This document shows, piece after piece, positions 47,130 through 61,199 of a DNA stretch of 64,000 nucleotides. The notes beneath the pieces were generated by a model that saw only the letters and a list, made by a program, of their open reading frames with translations, made no database searches and was not told the origin of the DNA. This DNA is from the human T2T-CHM13v2.0 reference genome, Homo sapiens. The number at the start of each line of letters is the position of its first letter. Position 1 is the first letter of the stretch. The translations under genes and the position numbers were made by a program. The stretch lies in NCBI RefSeq assembly GCF_009914755.1, contig NC_060931.1; one strand, given 5' to 3'.

Positions 47130-48330
47130 TTTGTCTACACGCAAGTTATTTTGTTCTTAGGTAATTGCCCTTTTATCCCTAATAATTTTTTACTTATTTT
47201 GTCTGATATTAATATAGTAACAGTAGCTTACCTTTGGTTAGCACTTGCCTGGTATGTTTTTTCCATCTCTGTACTTTCAATGTTTTTGTGCCATTATGTT
47301 TAGTTTTATCTCTTAGACAGCATACTGCTGTATTTTTGTAATTGCATTCTCAAAGTCACAGTGTTTCGCCTGGTGAATTTAATCTGTTTATATTTATTGT
47401 AATTGACAATTTACTTAAAATTATTTGTTATCTTATATTACATTTTATACTTCTATGATTTTTAAATTTACCCTTTTCCTTTATTCTGATGTTTTAACTA
47501 ACTGTTCTTTAATCCTTTGCCCTTCCCCTCCCTATTTTGGAAGTTATAATTTTATTTCTGTTCTTTACATTTACATTTTTAACAGTCAACTGAGCCCATA
47601 ACCTTCTTGCAAAATAATTTGATGACATTTGAAAACTTTAATACTGATTTCCTTTTCCCTCCAAATTATACACTAATGTTGCTTCATGTATTTTAGTTAT
47701 ATGTTGCCTTTAAATTCTATCCTAAAATAATTATTGGTATATATGTTATACATAAATTTATTTGCATGCTCAATGCTTAGAGTTTCTAATGTGCTTACTA
47801 ATTTCTTTGCTCACTATTAATTATTGTATCATACCACAATTTCTTGTATCCTACACCTTCCTTCTGGGTTTGTTTTCGTTTTACTGAAGGGCATCCTTTA
47901 AAATTTTGCTTTAACATGGGCCATGTGCGGTAAAAATATCAAACTGCATTTTTAAAAATTTATCTTGTTTTGCTTTCACACTTGACTGATAATTTATCTA
48001 GGTACAGAACTCTAGGATGACAATTCACTTTGATGATATTGTTCCATTGTCTTCTGGCATCTTTTGTTGCTGATGAGACCACTGTCAGATTAAATTTATA
48101 GGTAATCTGTCTTTTCTATTTTGTCACCTTTGATGTTTTCTGTCGTTGATATACTGAAGGCTTATCACGACCTTTATCAGTACTAATTTATTTTATTTAT
48201 CTTGCTTAGATAGAAAACACACACATCTTCCTCAGTTCTAGAAAAATTTCTGCCATTATCTCTTCAAATTTGTCTTATTATTTTTATTCTCTCCTTCTAA
48301 AACTTCAATTAGATGTTAATTTCTTCACTT
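47130..48330 (-). mobile_element. Ancient L1M (ORF1 to start of ORF2), antisense
   Basis: tctgatattaatatag..ctttggttag..tttttccatc..tagacagcata (EN region); ttccattgtcttctggc..ttgctgatgag (ORF1). Confidence 0.7.
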
Positions 48331-48689
48331 GGAGTTCTGCACAGATTACTAATGTAAAGCTAGACTCCATATATTGAGGGTTTTATCTTCTTACAAGTAA
48401 CTTATCTTGACCAAAGGCTCCACTCAGATGACAAATTTCTTTGCTGTTTTCCCAGTCAGGCTTCAATCAGTGGGCCCAGTTCCAGCTCACTCTCCTTTAT
48501 TATCTCCTGCTGTCTTTTAAGAAGCTCCTGACAATAGCTCCAGGCCCCATATAGGTTAAAACTCCAGATCTAGGACCTAAATCAGGTTTAAGAGACCTGC
48601 AGGCCACCACAATGTCAGTTCCTATTTCTTGACCCAGCTTTGATATGTCTCCTTTCTTCTGGAAACCAGTGTTTTCACTTTCTTTCAAA

Positions 48690-48694
<5 letters not shown>

Positions 48695-48736
<42 letters not shown>
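48695..48736 (+). repeat. (GT)~21 microsatellite
   Basis: Direct reading. Confidence 0.95.
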
Positions 48737-48742
<6 letters not shown>

Positions 48743-49707
48743 CATTTTAGCTAGAGTTGCTATTTTATTTCAGTGGGAAGAATTTCTGCTATGCCAGTTC
48801 AGTCTTCCATGATGCCAGAAATCCTCTACAAACATATTTTTATGTGTCTGAAATTGTACCACAGAAACAAATATTTTGTTTATGTCACTTAATATTCCAA
48901 GCATCTCTCATTGCTATACTATCTTCATAAATACTAATTTTTAAAAGAAATATAGAGTGGTAGTATAGGATGGTGGTTTAAAGAACACGTTTTGGATCAA
49001 AACACACCTGTCTTTGCGAGTTTTTGAAGCTCTTGCTTCAAATAGGTGGTTCTAGGAGAGTAAAGGAACTTAGTAGGCTGCCTGGTACACCAGTACTCAA
49101 TAATTAAAATTTCTTTATTATTACTATTATGACCATCATTATCATAAAATGGGGTTTCAAATTCCATTAATGCTCATTTTCATATTAATAGTCTTCCAGA
49201 CTAGCTAATTTTTAATATTAGGTACATGACAGTAAGTTTTCATGCGTAAGGGCACATTTGAAAAGATGCAGAATCTAAAATCTTGTAGCAGGGAAGTGGA
49301 AGATCAGCAAGGGGAAAGCAGGGACTGAGATCCAGGCATGGGGCAGACAGAGGAAAATGCCTTAGCCCAAGGCAGCCAAAGAGCAGCACTAAGTCCTGGG
49401 CACTGTAAGGGATGATAACCAGAGGCAATTCTCACTTGTCATATTTGGCTACCATTGCCCATAAAATAAAAAACCATAGAAACTGCTGCACTGGCAAATA
49501 AAACTAAAATGAAAAATTAGGTAACCAGCTGTTTACATAAAATTGTCTTATTTGGTGAGTTTAGAAGTTATGATGGTTCAAGTTCACATAACAATGGCAA
49601 AAAACTTAGTTTTGCTTTCTTCCTTCTATGTGTCCTTTGAATTGCATGGTTAATTTCTGTAAATGTCATGGTAATATTTGGGGAAAAGATAACAGATTAT
49701 CGAATCT

Positions 49708-49910
49708 TGTGCTACACAACAGAACTTTCTGTAATAATGGAAATGTTCTACATTTGTGCTGTTCAATAAAATAGTCACTAGCCATATGTGGCTACTGAGA
49801 ACTCAAAATGTGGCTGGTATAACTGAGGAACTGAATTTTTTATTTAATTTTAATGAATTCAAACTTAAATAGCCACATAGCTTATAGCTACCATGTTAGA
49901 AAGTATGGTT
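49708..49910 (+). mobile_element. MER3 hAT MITE
   Basis: agaactttctgtaataatggaaatgttcta..cactagccatatgtggctactgag..actgaggaactgaatttt. Confidence 0.85.
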
Positions 49911-49955
49911 CTAAACAAATTTTAGAATGTGTGTATGTGTGTGTGCCTGTATGTG

Positions 49956-50367
49956 TGCTATGGTTTAAATGTGTACCTCAAAGTTCGTGTGTTGGAAACA
50001 TGATTCCCAATGCAACAGTGTTGAGAGGTAGGACCTTTAAGAAGTGATTAGGTCATGACAGCTCTGCCCTCATGAATGGATAAATGCCATTATTGTGGGA
50101 GTAGAGTAGTTACCTCAGGAATGGGTTCCTGATAAAAGGATGAGATGGGTTCCTGATAAAAGGATGAGATGGGCTCCTTTCTTCTTTCAGGTATGCTCAG
50201 TTTCTGCCATGTGATGCCTTCCACCACACAGGAAGAAGTCCCTCATCAGATGCAGCCCCTTAATCTGGGACTTCCTAGTCTCCAGAACCATTAGCCAAAA
50301 ATCTTCTATTGTTTATAAATGATCCTGTCTCAGGTATTCTGTTACAGAAGCACAAAACAGACTAAGA

Positions 50368-50369
<2 letters not shown>
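49956..50369 (+). mobile_element. MaLR solo LTR (MSTB/MSTC-like)
   Basis: tgctatggtttaaatgtgt..cccaatgcaacagtgttgagagg..ctcaggtattctgttacag..gactaagaca. Confidence 0.85.

Positions 50370-50425
<56 letters not shown>
50370..50425 (+). repeat. (GT)~28 microsatellite
   Basis: Direct reading. Confidence 0.95.
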
Positions 50426-50428
<3 letters not shown>

Positions 50429-53019
50429 CACATACATATTTACTTATCTAAATAGGTCACAGAGGGCAAAATAAGTTCTTTAAAAATTTTTATCTGAAAG
50501 AAGCAATCAGTTTTATTTCACATTTTTAATAAGGCCTTAATATACAGAGACTTTACTAAAAATAGAGCTTAATAATATGCTGCTGCTTGTATCCAAATAA
50601 CTACACTGGCAAACCATAGAGTTGTCGCTGCCATGGAAAAAATTTATTCACCTGTTTCTCAGACGTCTTTGTCATCACTGTTTTTGACTGTGTAGGCAGT
50701 TTGGAAAAACGAAATTTCACACTTCTAAAACTGGTTTAATCAATTCTAGTGATAGGGAAATAACCCAAATCTCTGGCCATACCTCATTTTAAAAAATTTC
50801 TACTAGATTTAAAGAACTTCTAATAATTATAACAGATAAATATTTTAGATTTACTGACTTTGGTCTTTTTGCTTTCACAAACGTTTTATGTGGTTTCAAG
50901 TAAGAAGTGCCAAGTACAATAGTAATCCCATCTTAACCACAAAGCCTTGTAATAAGGAACACCTTGTGGATACCAAGTTCAGTCCATTTACTTGAGTGAT
51001 CTCCATAAGTTCTCACACCATTACATGAGATGAAAAGAAAGGAAGAGGTTGTTTTGCTATAGCTTTTTTTTTTTTTTTTGCTTCTAGACTCAACATCAGG
51101 ATAAAACTAACATTTTTCTCTAAAAAATAAAAAAGCAGAGATTAAAAAAAGGAAGAAGAGCAAATCTGCTAACACAACTATTTGCTGCGGCATAAAATTC
51201 CATAGAAACAGGTACATCTTTGGACTGTCGTTAAAAAATATTTTGTTACTGGAATAGAAAATTTTCCCATGTTAGTAAAGCAGTTCCACTTCTCTGACGG
51301 TCTTATGATTTTGATGCAAAGCAGCATCCTGTGGAGACTCCAGAAGATTCCCCTAATATAACCTGTGCTGTTTATACCATGACTTCTTGGAAGGAGGAGG
51401 AGACAGGAAAGGAGAAAAGAGGGGGGAAAATGAAGGGAATAGTTTTGCCCATTGAATGTCTGTTAAAATAGATATGTTGTACAATTAATATAACAAAAAT
51501 AACTTCTTCAAGCCTTCTTGGAGATTTATTGACATATTTTATCTCAACCATACTTCCTAAAATTAAAAACTAAATCCCTAGGAAGCATTCTGACCTCAAG
51601 CATTTGACCATTTGCTGAAGTGCTGATACATATAAGAACACACATTAGACCCTGAACTTAGGCTTTCTCATTGTTCAAGCCTAACTGGCTATTTAAATGT
51701 GATGAAAAACAGGGGCTTATGGGGAAGTGAGAACTATCAGTTAGGCTCCTAGCTGTTTACCTTTAAGGATAGACAATATTTCTTTTATCTTGTCATCTAG
51801 AGGTATATTTTTGAGCAGCACTGACATTGTCTCAAGTTGGGAGATGCCTGCTTAAAAACAGAAAACTAGACTGTCAGAAAAGAAAAAAAAGACGTGATTT
51901 AAAAGAAAGATGAAATTTCTCCTTTAGAAAATAGCATATCCAGTTTTATCTCAGAGCATAGTTACAATCATTTCAGACTTAAATGGGAGGTAATTTATTT
52001 TTGCAGTAAGCTATGTATAATCTAGAAAGTAAAAGAATATTTGTATGCATCCATTGTTGGCATCCTTATCCATAGGTATGAATGCACTTCCAATAAACAC
52101 ACCCATGGGGGAATCCCTGATCTTATTTCAAATGTTTAAGTAACAAGGCAAATACATCTGTGATGTGTCCGTCTGATGAATGGAAATAAATTGGCAACCA
52201 TGCAATATTTTCTGAAGAATTCTCCAGACAGTCTAGAATGGCTCTCACCAAAAATTAAAGGCATCTGAGATACACTCAAGGCAGCACTTCAAATCTCTGC
52301 ATCTGTATTATTATTTTGAGCCTGGCAGGTGTTCAGAAACTGCTAGTGTCTGCAATTTTTAAAATGATTTTTTTTGCCTTCTCGTTTAGTGTACTTTAAG
52401 AAAACTATCCCTCTAGGAGATACTTCCTTTAACATATCAAATGTTCAAATATGATCCTCCTGTGATCCTCTTTGCTGACCTAAGTTCATTATTTGTCCAT
52501 GCTCAGTATCTTAAATAGAATATTGCTTGGTTTTCATTCTGTTTTCAGTTTTGAGAAAGTTCACATAATATTAAATCATCACTAATTTAGGCACAAACCT
52601 GATCTTCTTTTATGTTCCATTTTAATCCTAATATTATGCTAGTATCTCTGTCCAGTTAAACCTAAACCTAATTGTGATGAATTTTGCCTGTAATTCACAC
52701 ATTCCCCACATGAAATCCCCTTGTGATGAAGGATAGGATATGATCAATATCCATATATCATACATATCAAGATCAAACCCATGTTCATCACATTTCAGAA
52801 TTTTAAAGTGGCACCTCTCATTATTTGAATGAATTCAATAATATTTCTATATTCATATAGAGATAGATTTCAAAAGTAGATAGGAAACACACGTGGGCCA
52901 CCTTGAAAAGTTAGAGAGATTCCGATGCCATACTGCAAACTCTTATTTAATTTTCGTTGTATGACTATTGTATTTTACCACGATAAAATAGACAAGTGAT
53001 CATTTTAAAGGCAACTGGA

Positions 53020-53260
53020 GTGAAGTAGCAAAAACCATCTGCTTTGAAACCAGACTGCCTTTGAATCCAGGCTGTGTCACTCACTAGGTGAGTTACCTTA
53101 GGCAAGTGATTTAACATCTCTGTCCTTCAGTTTCCTCATCTGCAAACTGAGATAATAATAGTACCGACTTTACAGAATCACTGAGAATTAAACGGATTAA
53201 AAGAGGTAAATAGAAAAGTGGCTGGCACATTGTAAATTTTCAAAAATATTATTAATGTTG
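53020..53260 (+). mobile_element. MIR SINE
   Basis: ccagactgcct..gtgagttaccttaggcaagtgatttaac..cagtttcctcatctgcaaa. Confidence 0.8.
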
Positions 53261-53334
53261 TAGTTGTTATTTTACAACCCCCTTTCCCTGGTAGTTTCTT
53301 GCTAATTTTTAGGGTTAGATGGTTTGGAGATTGG

Positions 53335-53413
53335 CTTTCTTTCTTCTTTCTTTCCTTCCCTCTTTCCCTCCTTCCTCCTCTCCTCCTCCTTCTCCTTCTT
53401 CTTTCCCTTCCCC
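53335..53413 (+). repeat. Pure pyrimidine low-complexity tract
   Basis: About 78 nt of C/T only. Confidence 0.85.
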
Positions 53414-55439
53414 CAGGCCCCTTGGGACTTTGGGGTAGGGGATTTATATCCAAGAAATTTGGATAATTAAGTGCCTCTTTTAACTTGAGACTTACTAGTC
53501 ACTGAAGACTATAATCAGATATAAAAGTAAAAACAAACCATATTGCCACAGGATCTGAATACCCAGCAAACCTTGAAGTAAAATTAACACTTAAAATATA
53601 AATTTTATCAAGAGGTGTCATAAAAGTAATGATAAAATAATTTTGGTCATTTTTCTACATTTGTACCAGTATAGCCATCACTATATCCTGAAATCATCCT
53701 CTCCTCTATGTCTCTCACTTGATTATTTTTAACAAGAAAGGCCATACACAGGCAGCCCAAATGACTATGTGGCTAAGTGGTTTACCAATAAAACACAGTT
53801 TATTCAGACAACATGCCTCTTAATCTTCACTGGGAAAGGCACACACAGCACATTATATAATCATCTTGAATTTCAGTTTAAATGCTTCCTAATTCTTACT
53901 ACGGGATTTTTAAAAAAGGATTTTAAATAGGTAACTAGGGTTTCAAAAATCACAGAGTTTGCATGATACATTGGCTGTATTAAAATGAGATTACAGAATT
54001 GACTGTAGTGTCAATTCAATTGCCAGCTTTAGAAAGATCAGGTAAATGGTAAATGATAAATGTTAACTGCTGGGTTTCTTCCAATATAATGCACCATCAG
54101 TTGTAAGACATTAAAAAATAAAGTAGACACTGCCAATTACAATTGTAGGATGCCATCAAATGTAAAATACAACCCTACTTCAGAGATGCCAAAAATGTAA
54201 AAAATATCAACAAAACTGTAACTTACAATCAATAAAATATAATATCATTATTAGCTACTAACAAATATTTATTGAGCACATTCTATTGGTCTATAGTTCA
54301 GCATTAGAAACTATTAGGTATATAAAAATATTACACACTGTCCCTGACCTTAAAATCCAGTTAGTAAAAGAAAACAAGCATGTGGAAAATTAAATAATGG
54401 TATGAGTTAACTAGTAATATCAAAAAGTCATACAGAATATACTACAAAATCATATAAGCATGGCTAAAGTTTAATTTCTAAGAAATAATCTTTCTTACCT
54501 TAAAAAGTAAAAGCCTTACTTTTTGAGGTTAATCAGAAAAGAGAACCATGGTATATTTACCCTCAAATGCCAGAAGCTGTGTTTTTTTTTAGTTTAATAT
54601 TTAAAATTAACATTGAATATTAGCAATCCTCTTCGAGGATTCCTGGGCGCTTGCTAATTACAGATACTAACTCTTATATATAGCTCTATTCAATATGTAA
54701 TAAATATTACCGTAAAGAATAAAGGTAAAAAATTGCAAGAATTTAGTTCAGAAAATTTCAAATGAATTCCTTCAGTGGCCCATGTTCACTTTTAACTTCT
54801 CCTGTACTCTCTCACAAACTGAGCAGGAAGAGATCAACAAAAGCATCTTGCCCACAAAGGAAGCAGCTACTCTATAAAGGTTTCAACATTATCATGGCTT
54901 ATGAGAAAAAGGACTTAACCATTTGTCAAGAATGTTAAAAAGTGCAAACAGTAGCATCAAAATTTTATTGAGAGATATGGGTGAGGATGTGTAAACTTTT
55001 TTGTAGTCAATAAAAACTGACGAAACTGTATTTTTCCAACTAACTGCTAAGAAAACACTGTTTGAATCTAAGACTTAAAATACCTAAGTTATTTCTCAGA
55101 AGAAAATAGAGTTTTATATCTCAAAAGTAGTGAGATCATAAGCTATCAAATATCATTCTTAAACAGATTCAATTAAAAACATATCTGTTTGAAAGTAGGC
55201 AGTTCTATATTGCTGATATAGATATACTTTGTGTTTTGTCTTTCAAAAAAGCAACTTTTGTTTTAAATTAAGAAGTTATGTATGGCAAGAATTCGATTCA
55301 TCCTTGCAAGTGCCAATATGAATAAGAGAAAGCATACCAAAAGAGTCAGTGATCACTATTAAGTTAAAGGTAATGACAACATTGAACATCATATAATTCA
55401 AGGGGAATTTTCCTTGACATCTTACATATAAGACACTGT

Positions 55440-56050
55440 AGCAACTAATGGAGAATCAAAAAGAAATAAGAATTTGTCCCTGTCCAATCTAACAGAAAAG
55501 ACAATAACTTAATTCAATAAGTATATAGTAAAATATAATCAGCTCTACAATAGAGTTATAAGCAAAATGTGACTATACGCGTCAATTTTGTTGTTGATAC
55601 CTTGGCAAGTTTTACAGAAGAGTTGGCATTTAAAACAGGTCTTGAATAGGTAAGATTTTAACAATTGAGGTTGAGATTGAAAAGCATTCCAGGCCAAGGA
55701 AAAAGCATGGAGAAAGAAAGTTACAGAATCTGTAAGGGAATTGTGGGAAGGCCTGCCAGTTCAGGCTCCATCAGGAGGTGCGTGCCAAGGGAGATAACAG
55801 AGAAGATAATAAACAAAGACATTGGAAGAGCCTTCAAACCTATATCAAAGGTTTGGTCTTCAGAAAGGAGTTTGAGGCTTAGCCAAATTTTGAGTAATCA
55901 AGGCTGTACCTTCAGAAGATTAACTGGACCACAATATGTAGGATATACTGAAGGAAAAACGGGCGAGAGGTGAGCTGACAGACAAGTTAGGAAGCTACTG
56001 CAATCATCTTAGAAAAACATACTGGAAGGAAAATGTTCACTCACTTATAA
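55440..56050 (-). mobile_element. L2 fragment
   Basis: agcattccaggccaaggaaaaagcatg..gacaagttaggaagctactgcaat. Confidence 0.55.
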
Positions 56051-56374
56051 AAAACTTTCTGAGGGAGAAAATGATGGGTTTAAATATCAACCAGTTATGT
56101 GAGATGAGTCTGATGGTGGCAGCTTGTGTAACTCAGAGGATAGGCAGAAAGAGTATATATTTTAGTGATGTCTGACCCATAGAAACCCCAGACACTGAAC
56201 TGTTTGTCATCAAGAGGGAAGAAAAGGCAGTGGTAAATTTTAGAGTACACAGGTTTTACGGGATTTTGTCTGAGCAGAAAGTCTGAATAGAAAACCATTC
56301 AAGATGCCTTCCAGCTCTGTTTTGCTTGACTGCCTATAGAACAGCTGTTTCTGAACTGCCTTTGACTTTACACC

Positions 56375-56650
56375 ATTGGATTATTCATCTATTCGACAAA
56401 TATTTAGTGAGGGCTGACTGTATGCCAGGGACAGTTCTAGACAGTTGGGACAAATCAGTGAAGAAAAAACAAAAACACAAAAAAAACAATGAAAAACTGA
56501 AAAACAATTCTTGCCTTCAAGGCTCTTGCATTTTAGTAGGAAGTGACAAATGAGAAACAATGTTTGTAGCTAAATAAGTGAAGGATATCACGCATTAGAA
56601 GTTTAAAAATGCTATGGGTGGAAAAAGGACCCCTGAATAAGAAGGATGAG
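56375..56650 (-). mobile_element. L2 3' fragment
   Basis: attcgacaaatatttagtgag..ctgtatgccagggacagttctag. Confidence 0.65.
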
Positions 56651-57034
56651 GCATGGTGACTGCAGGGTGAATGAGGGGTAGGGGTTAGGGGTATAGTCCA
56701 CATCAACAGATGTTACAGTCACAGCCTTGGAACCATAGTGTAGTGTTTATCTAAGGATGCTCTTGAGAACACTGTTCAGAACATCCTCTAGTTTCCTCTG
56801 AATGAAAGCACCTGGGAGAGTTGTTAGTTTCTACAGAGTACCTGACTTCTGGCCACCAGGAATTTCCTAAATGATCCCATTTTCCGCTTGGCACTAATGG
56901 CCAGAAAGCTCAAAGCTAAATCTGTGGTCTTCTTCCAAAAGGTAGATAAGGCCTTATAGCATTTTGTAACCCGTTTTCACCATATTTTCTGAACATTCAT
57001 TTTCCAATTGCTCTGATTTATTCAATTATTTTTG

Positions 57035-57330
57035 TCTTTTAAAAATTGATAACACTTATTGCATATATTTATGGAGCACAATGTGATATTTTCATATATG
57101 TTTACATTTGGGATGATTAAATCAAGCAAATTAACCTATCCATTACATCATATGTCTTTTTTTGTGATGTGAATGTTTAAAATCTCTTTTAGCAATTTTG
57201 AGATATGCAATACATTAACTATAGTCACCATGCTGTGCAGATTTCCAAATTTACTTCTCCTAACTGATACTTGGTACCCTTTAAAAAATTTCTCCCTGTT
57301 CCCCACGTCCCCTACCCTCCTGTCCCACCA
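57035..57330 (-). mobile_element. L1MA 3' end fragment
   Basis: atatttatggagcacaatgtgat..gattaaatcaagc..aactatagtcaccatgctgtgca. Confidence 0.75.
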
Positions 57331-57989
57331 ATTCACTTACTTTTATTTTATTCTGTATTTTTGTCAGCTAAAATCCAATTTAGACCTTTGGAGGTACATA
57401 TAACTATGCAAAAATAAACTGCTAAATTTACTTTTTAAAAAAGTTTTTACCTTTTTTGGCAACAAAATTAGTGATTTTAATTAGGGTTAAACCTGTCAAA
57501 ATAAAACACTTAAATAGTTACTCTATATGTAATCCCATGAGAAGTCCTAAGTATTTGCCTTCTGTACGTATGGCAGACACTTTGGGTACTTACATGAAAT
57601 TCACACAGCCTGTGCCCGCAGGTGGAGCAATCCAGATGAAACTGAGGTTGGTTGTGGGCAGGTGACTCACGTGAGAGGCTACCACACTGCACATAAACTG
57701 GTTACCAAACTGGTGGTCAGACATGATCCCTAAGAGAAAGGAAGGAGAGTTGTTACAAAGACAACAAAACAAAGATCTTCCTATCATGGCATCACAGTAT
57801 TTTCTGAATATTTTTCTTTCATGTTAAGGTTCTATGCTATTTGGCTTCCCAATAAGTTATGTAATTTTTCACTTTTTATTGCTACAGGGAAATTAATCAC
57901 TTAAAATATTATGGTTAAAGGAGTGACCTGCTGGAATCATTGCTATAATATTTGCTTTGCTTTGATTTTGTTGATTGATTGATCTTTGC

Positions 57990-58600
57990 CTATCACCAAA
58001 AACCACCAGGACCAACCTGCAGTTGAACAAGGTTAGATTTATTGAAACTGTCTGCAGCAAGGGAGACCAAACGCCATAGGGAGGTGGGAGGCATCTCAGT
58101 AAAAGGATGTCAGGAGAGGCTTGTTAAAATATTTAGGCTTGTGTTAGGTTATTTCAGAGGGCAAGGTGATCAGGTTTGCTTGGAAAACTCCCCAGTCCTA
58201 TTTGGGAGGTTTCAAGAAAAGGTCCTTTGCCTCTGGATTGGGTGCTATCACCCAGTCTTTTCACTGAGTATCTTAGTTTGTTGTTGCTGTTTTAATCTCA
58301 GAGACATGAGGGATGGGGTGAGGCTAAATCTGTGATTGGCAGAAAAGCAACAGCAGTCCTATTTGCATGGATGGGGATGTTGGTCACTTTCGTGGTTTGC
58401 TTCATGTTCTTAGTCTTGTCTGTGTTCAGCTATGTTAAAGAGTGGTCTTGTTTTTGCCTCATAACATCACAGTTGTAAAGTGGTCTTGTCTAATGTTGAT
58501 GTTCTGTGACTTGCTCATGTTCAAAATGAGAACATCATGGCCTAGCTGTGAACAGGTCAGCTCCAAGCTGAGCTATCAGGGGATGCTTTTCTTTTTCTAA
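57990..58600 (-). mobile_element. ERV solo LTR (ERV1 class, MER89-like)
   Basis: gaacaaggttagatttattg (AATAAA on minus)..gtgattgg (CCAAT)..gagtggtcttgttttt..ggcctagctgtga..gcttttcttttt. Confidence 0.55.
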
Positions 58601-58644
58601 TAAGTTGATTATCTTAGGTGTATCTCAGATATAAAATAGTAATA

Positions 58645-59695
58645 AATAACTCAACAACTAAAAAACAAACAACCTAATTAACAAATGGCCAAAAGACCTA
58701 AACAGATACCTCACCAAAAATGATACACGGATGACAAATAATCATATGAAAAGATATTCAGGATCATATGTCATTAGGGAACTGCACATTGAAATAATAA
58801 TGAGATACCACTACACACATATTAGAATGTCCCAAATCCGGAATACTGATACCACCAAATGCTGCTGAGGATGCAGAGCAAAAGAAACTCTCATTCATTG
58901 CTGGTGGGAATGCAAAATGGTACAGCCTCTTTGGAAGACAGTTTGGCAGTATTTTTACAAAACTAGACATATTTTTACCATATGATGTAGCAGTTGTACT
59001 TCTTGGTACTTATCCAAGTGAACTGAAAACATATGCCTGACAAAAACCTGTACAGGGGTGTTTTCAGCAGCTTTATTCATAATTGCCAAAAGTTGGAAGC
59101 AACCAAGATGTCCTTCAGTTGGTGAATGGATAATGTGGTACATCTAGACAATGGAATGTTATTCAGCACTAAAAAGAAATGATCTATGAAGACATGCAAA
59201 GACATAAAGGAAACTTAATATGCGTATTACCAAGTGAAAGAATCCAATCTGAAAAGGCTACATAGTGTATAATTCCAACTGTATCACATTCTGGAAAAGG
59301 TAAAACTATGGAGACATTAAAAAGATCAGGAGTTGCCAGGAGTTAAAGAGGGAGGTAGGATGAACAGAAAGGGCACAGAGGATTCTTTAGGGAACGAAAC
59401 TACTCTGTATGATACCGTATGGTGGATATGTGTCCTTATAAATGTATCCAAACACACAGAATGTACACACCAAGAGTGAACCCTACTGTTAACTATGGAC
59501 TTTGAGCAGTAATGATGTGTCGATGTAGGTTCATTGATTGTACCAAATGTACCACATTCTGAGGCAGGATGTTGACGGTAGGGGAGGTTTTATTGTGTGT
59601 AGGGATAGTGGGTGTATGGCAACTCTGTGCTTTTTATTCAATTTTGCTGTGAACCTAAAGCTTCTCTAAAAAATAAGTTTATTATTTAAAAAATT
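58645..59695 (+). mobile_element. L1MC1-like 3' end
   Basis: ORF2 C-terminal remnant, then caccaagagtgaaccct..actatggactttg..gctgtgaacctaaa..aaaaaataag. Confidence 0.85.
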
Positions 59696-60011
59696 ACTAA
59701 AAGCATTGCCAGAAATGGGAAGTTAAATTTTAAATTTCTCTCATTTACTGGCTTTGTGACCTTGGACAAATGATTTACTCTCTTTGAGATCCAGTTTTCT
59801 TGCCTGTAAAATGGAAATACCATGCCTTCTATACCTTAAAGTTGCTATAAGTAGTAAATGGCCCAATACATATGACAGCACCTAGTACCCTATCTGGAAG
59901 CAGTGGTCTCTCATAAATCTTGATTTTCTTCCTGCCCACCAGAGTGATCTTTCTAAAATATAAACTTGTTCACACTGTTAATATTTCTCTTTACAAAACT
60001 CTCAATGACGC

Positions 60012-60310
60012 TTTTTTTTTTTTTTTATAGGAGTCTCACTCCGTCACCCAGGCTAGAGCGCAATGGTGCAACCTTGGCTTACTGCAACCTGCAATCTCCA
60101 CCGCTTGGGTTCAAGTGTTTCTCCTGCCTCAGCCTCCCGAGTAGCTGGGATTACAGGTGCCTGCCACCACAGCCAGCTAATTTTTTTTTGTATTTTTAGT
60201 AGAGATGGGGTTTCACCATGTTGGCCAGGCTGGTTTTGGACCACAAGTGATCCACCCACCTTGGCCTCCCGAAATGCCAGGTTTACAGGCGTCAGCCACC
60301 GCACCCGGCC
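60012..60310 (-). mobile_element. Alu (AluS)
   Basis: Full dimer. Confidence 0.9.
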
Positions 60311-60327
60311 TACCTCATATTGTTTGT

Positions 60328-60527
60328 AGCTGCACTGTCTAATATGGTAGCTGCTAGCCACAGCAATTATTTAAATTTAAATTAATTAAAATTTGATACA
60401 ATTAAAAATTCAGTTCTTCAATTGCACTAGCCACATTCCACATGCTCAATAGCACATGTGGCTCATGGCTGCCACACTGGACAGCACAGAACAGAACATG
60501 TCCATCATCATAGAAAGCTCTATTGAT
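60328..60527 (-). mobile_element. MER3 hAT MITE
   Basis: ctgtctaatatggtagc..aaattcagttcttca..cactagccacatt..tccatcatcatagaaagctctattg. Confidence 0.85.
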
Positions 60528-61199
60528 GTCACCGGCCTTCAAGAAGACTCTGAATAGTTAAGACTCTGAATTTGCCTCTCACTGCCTTCTCCAACCTCAG
60601 TTTCAGCACTTCTTGCCCCCATGTCTTGCCCACCTTCTTGCACTCTGCACACCCAAAATGCCAAATGAACCCTCCTCTATCTTCCTGCAAGCTGTACCCT
60701 CTACCTAAAATGCTCTCTCTCCTCAACTGCTCTCAACCACCTGACAGATCCTACATGAAGATTTGGCTCACTTTCTGCTTTTTCAAGCCTCTCCTGTCCA
60801 CTTCCAAGCAAACCCAGGTAGCTACTCCTATGGGTCCCCACTGAATCTTTTACTTAATTCCAACACAGCACTTAGCCCAAGGCATTTGGAATATTCTGCT
60901 TCTTAACTTTCTTTACTTCTTAAGCTCCTTAAAAGCACAAAGCAGGTCTACTAATCCACATTCCTCTAGCATCTAGTACCTTACACATAGTCAAACATTC
61001 ATTTTTGTTATATTTTGGCCTTTGGTCTCTTGCTTTCCTTTGAAAGGACTCCTCAATCCCCAAGATTTAAAAAATATTCTCCTATGTTTTCTTTCTACTA
61101 TTTTATTTTCACATTGACATCTTTAATGTTTCTGAATGTTATTTTGTTGTGTGGTACAAAGAAAGGATTCGACTTTTTTCCCTAAATGGTCCTAGGTTC

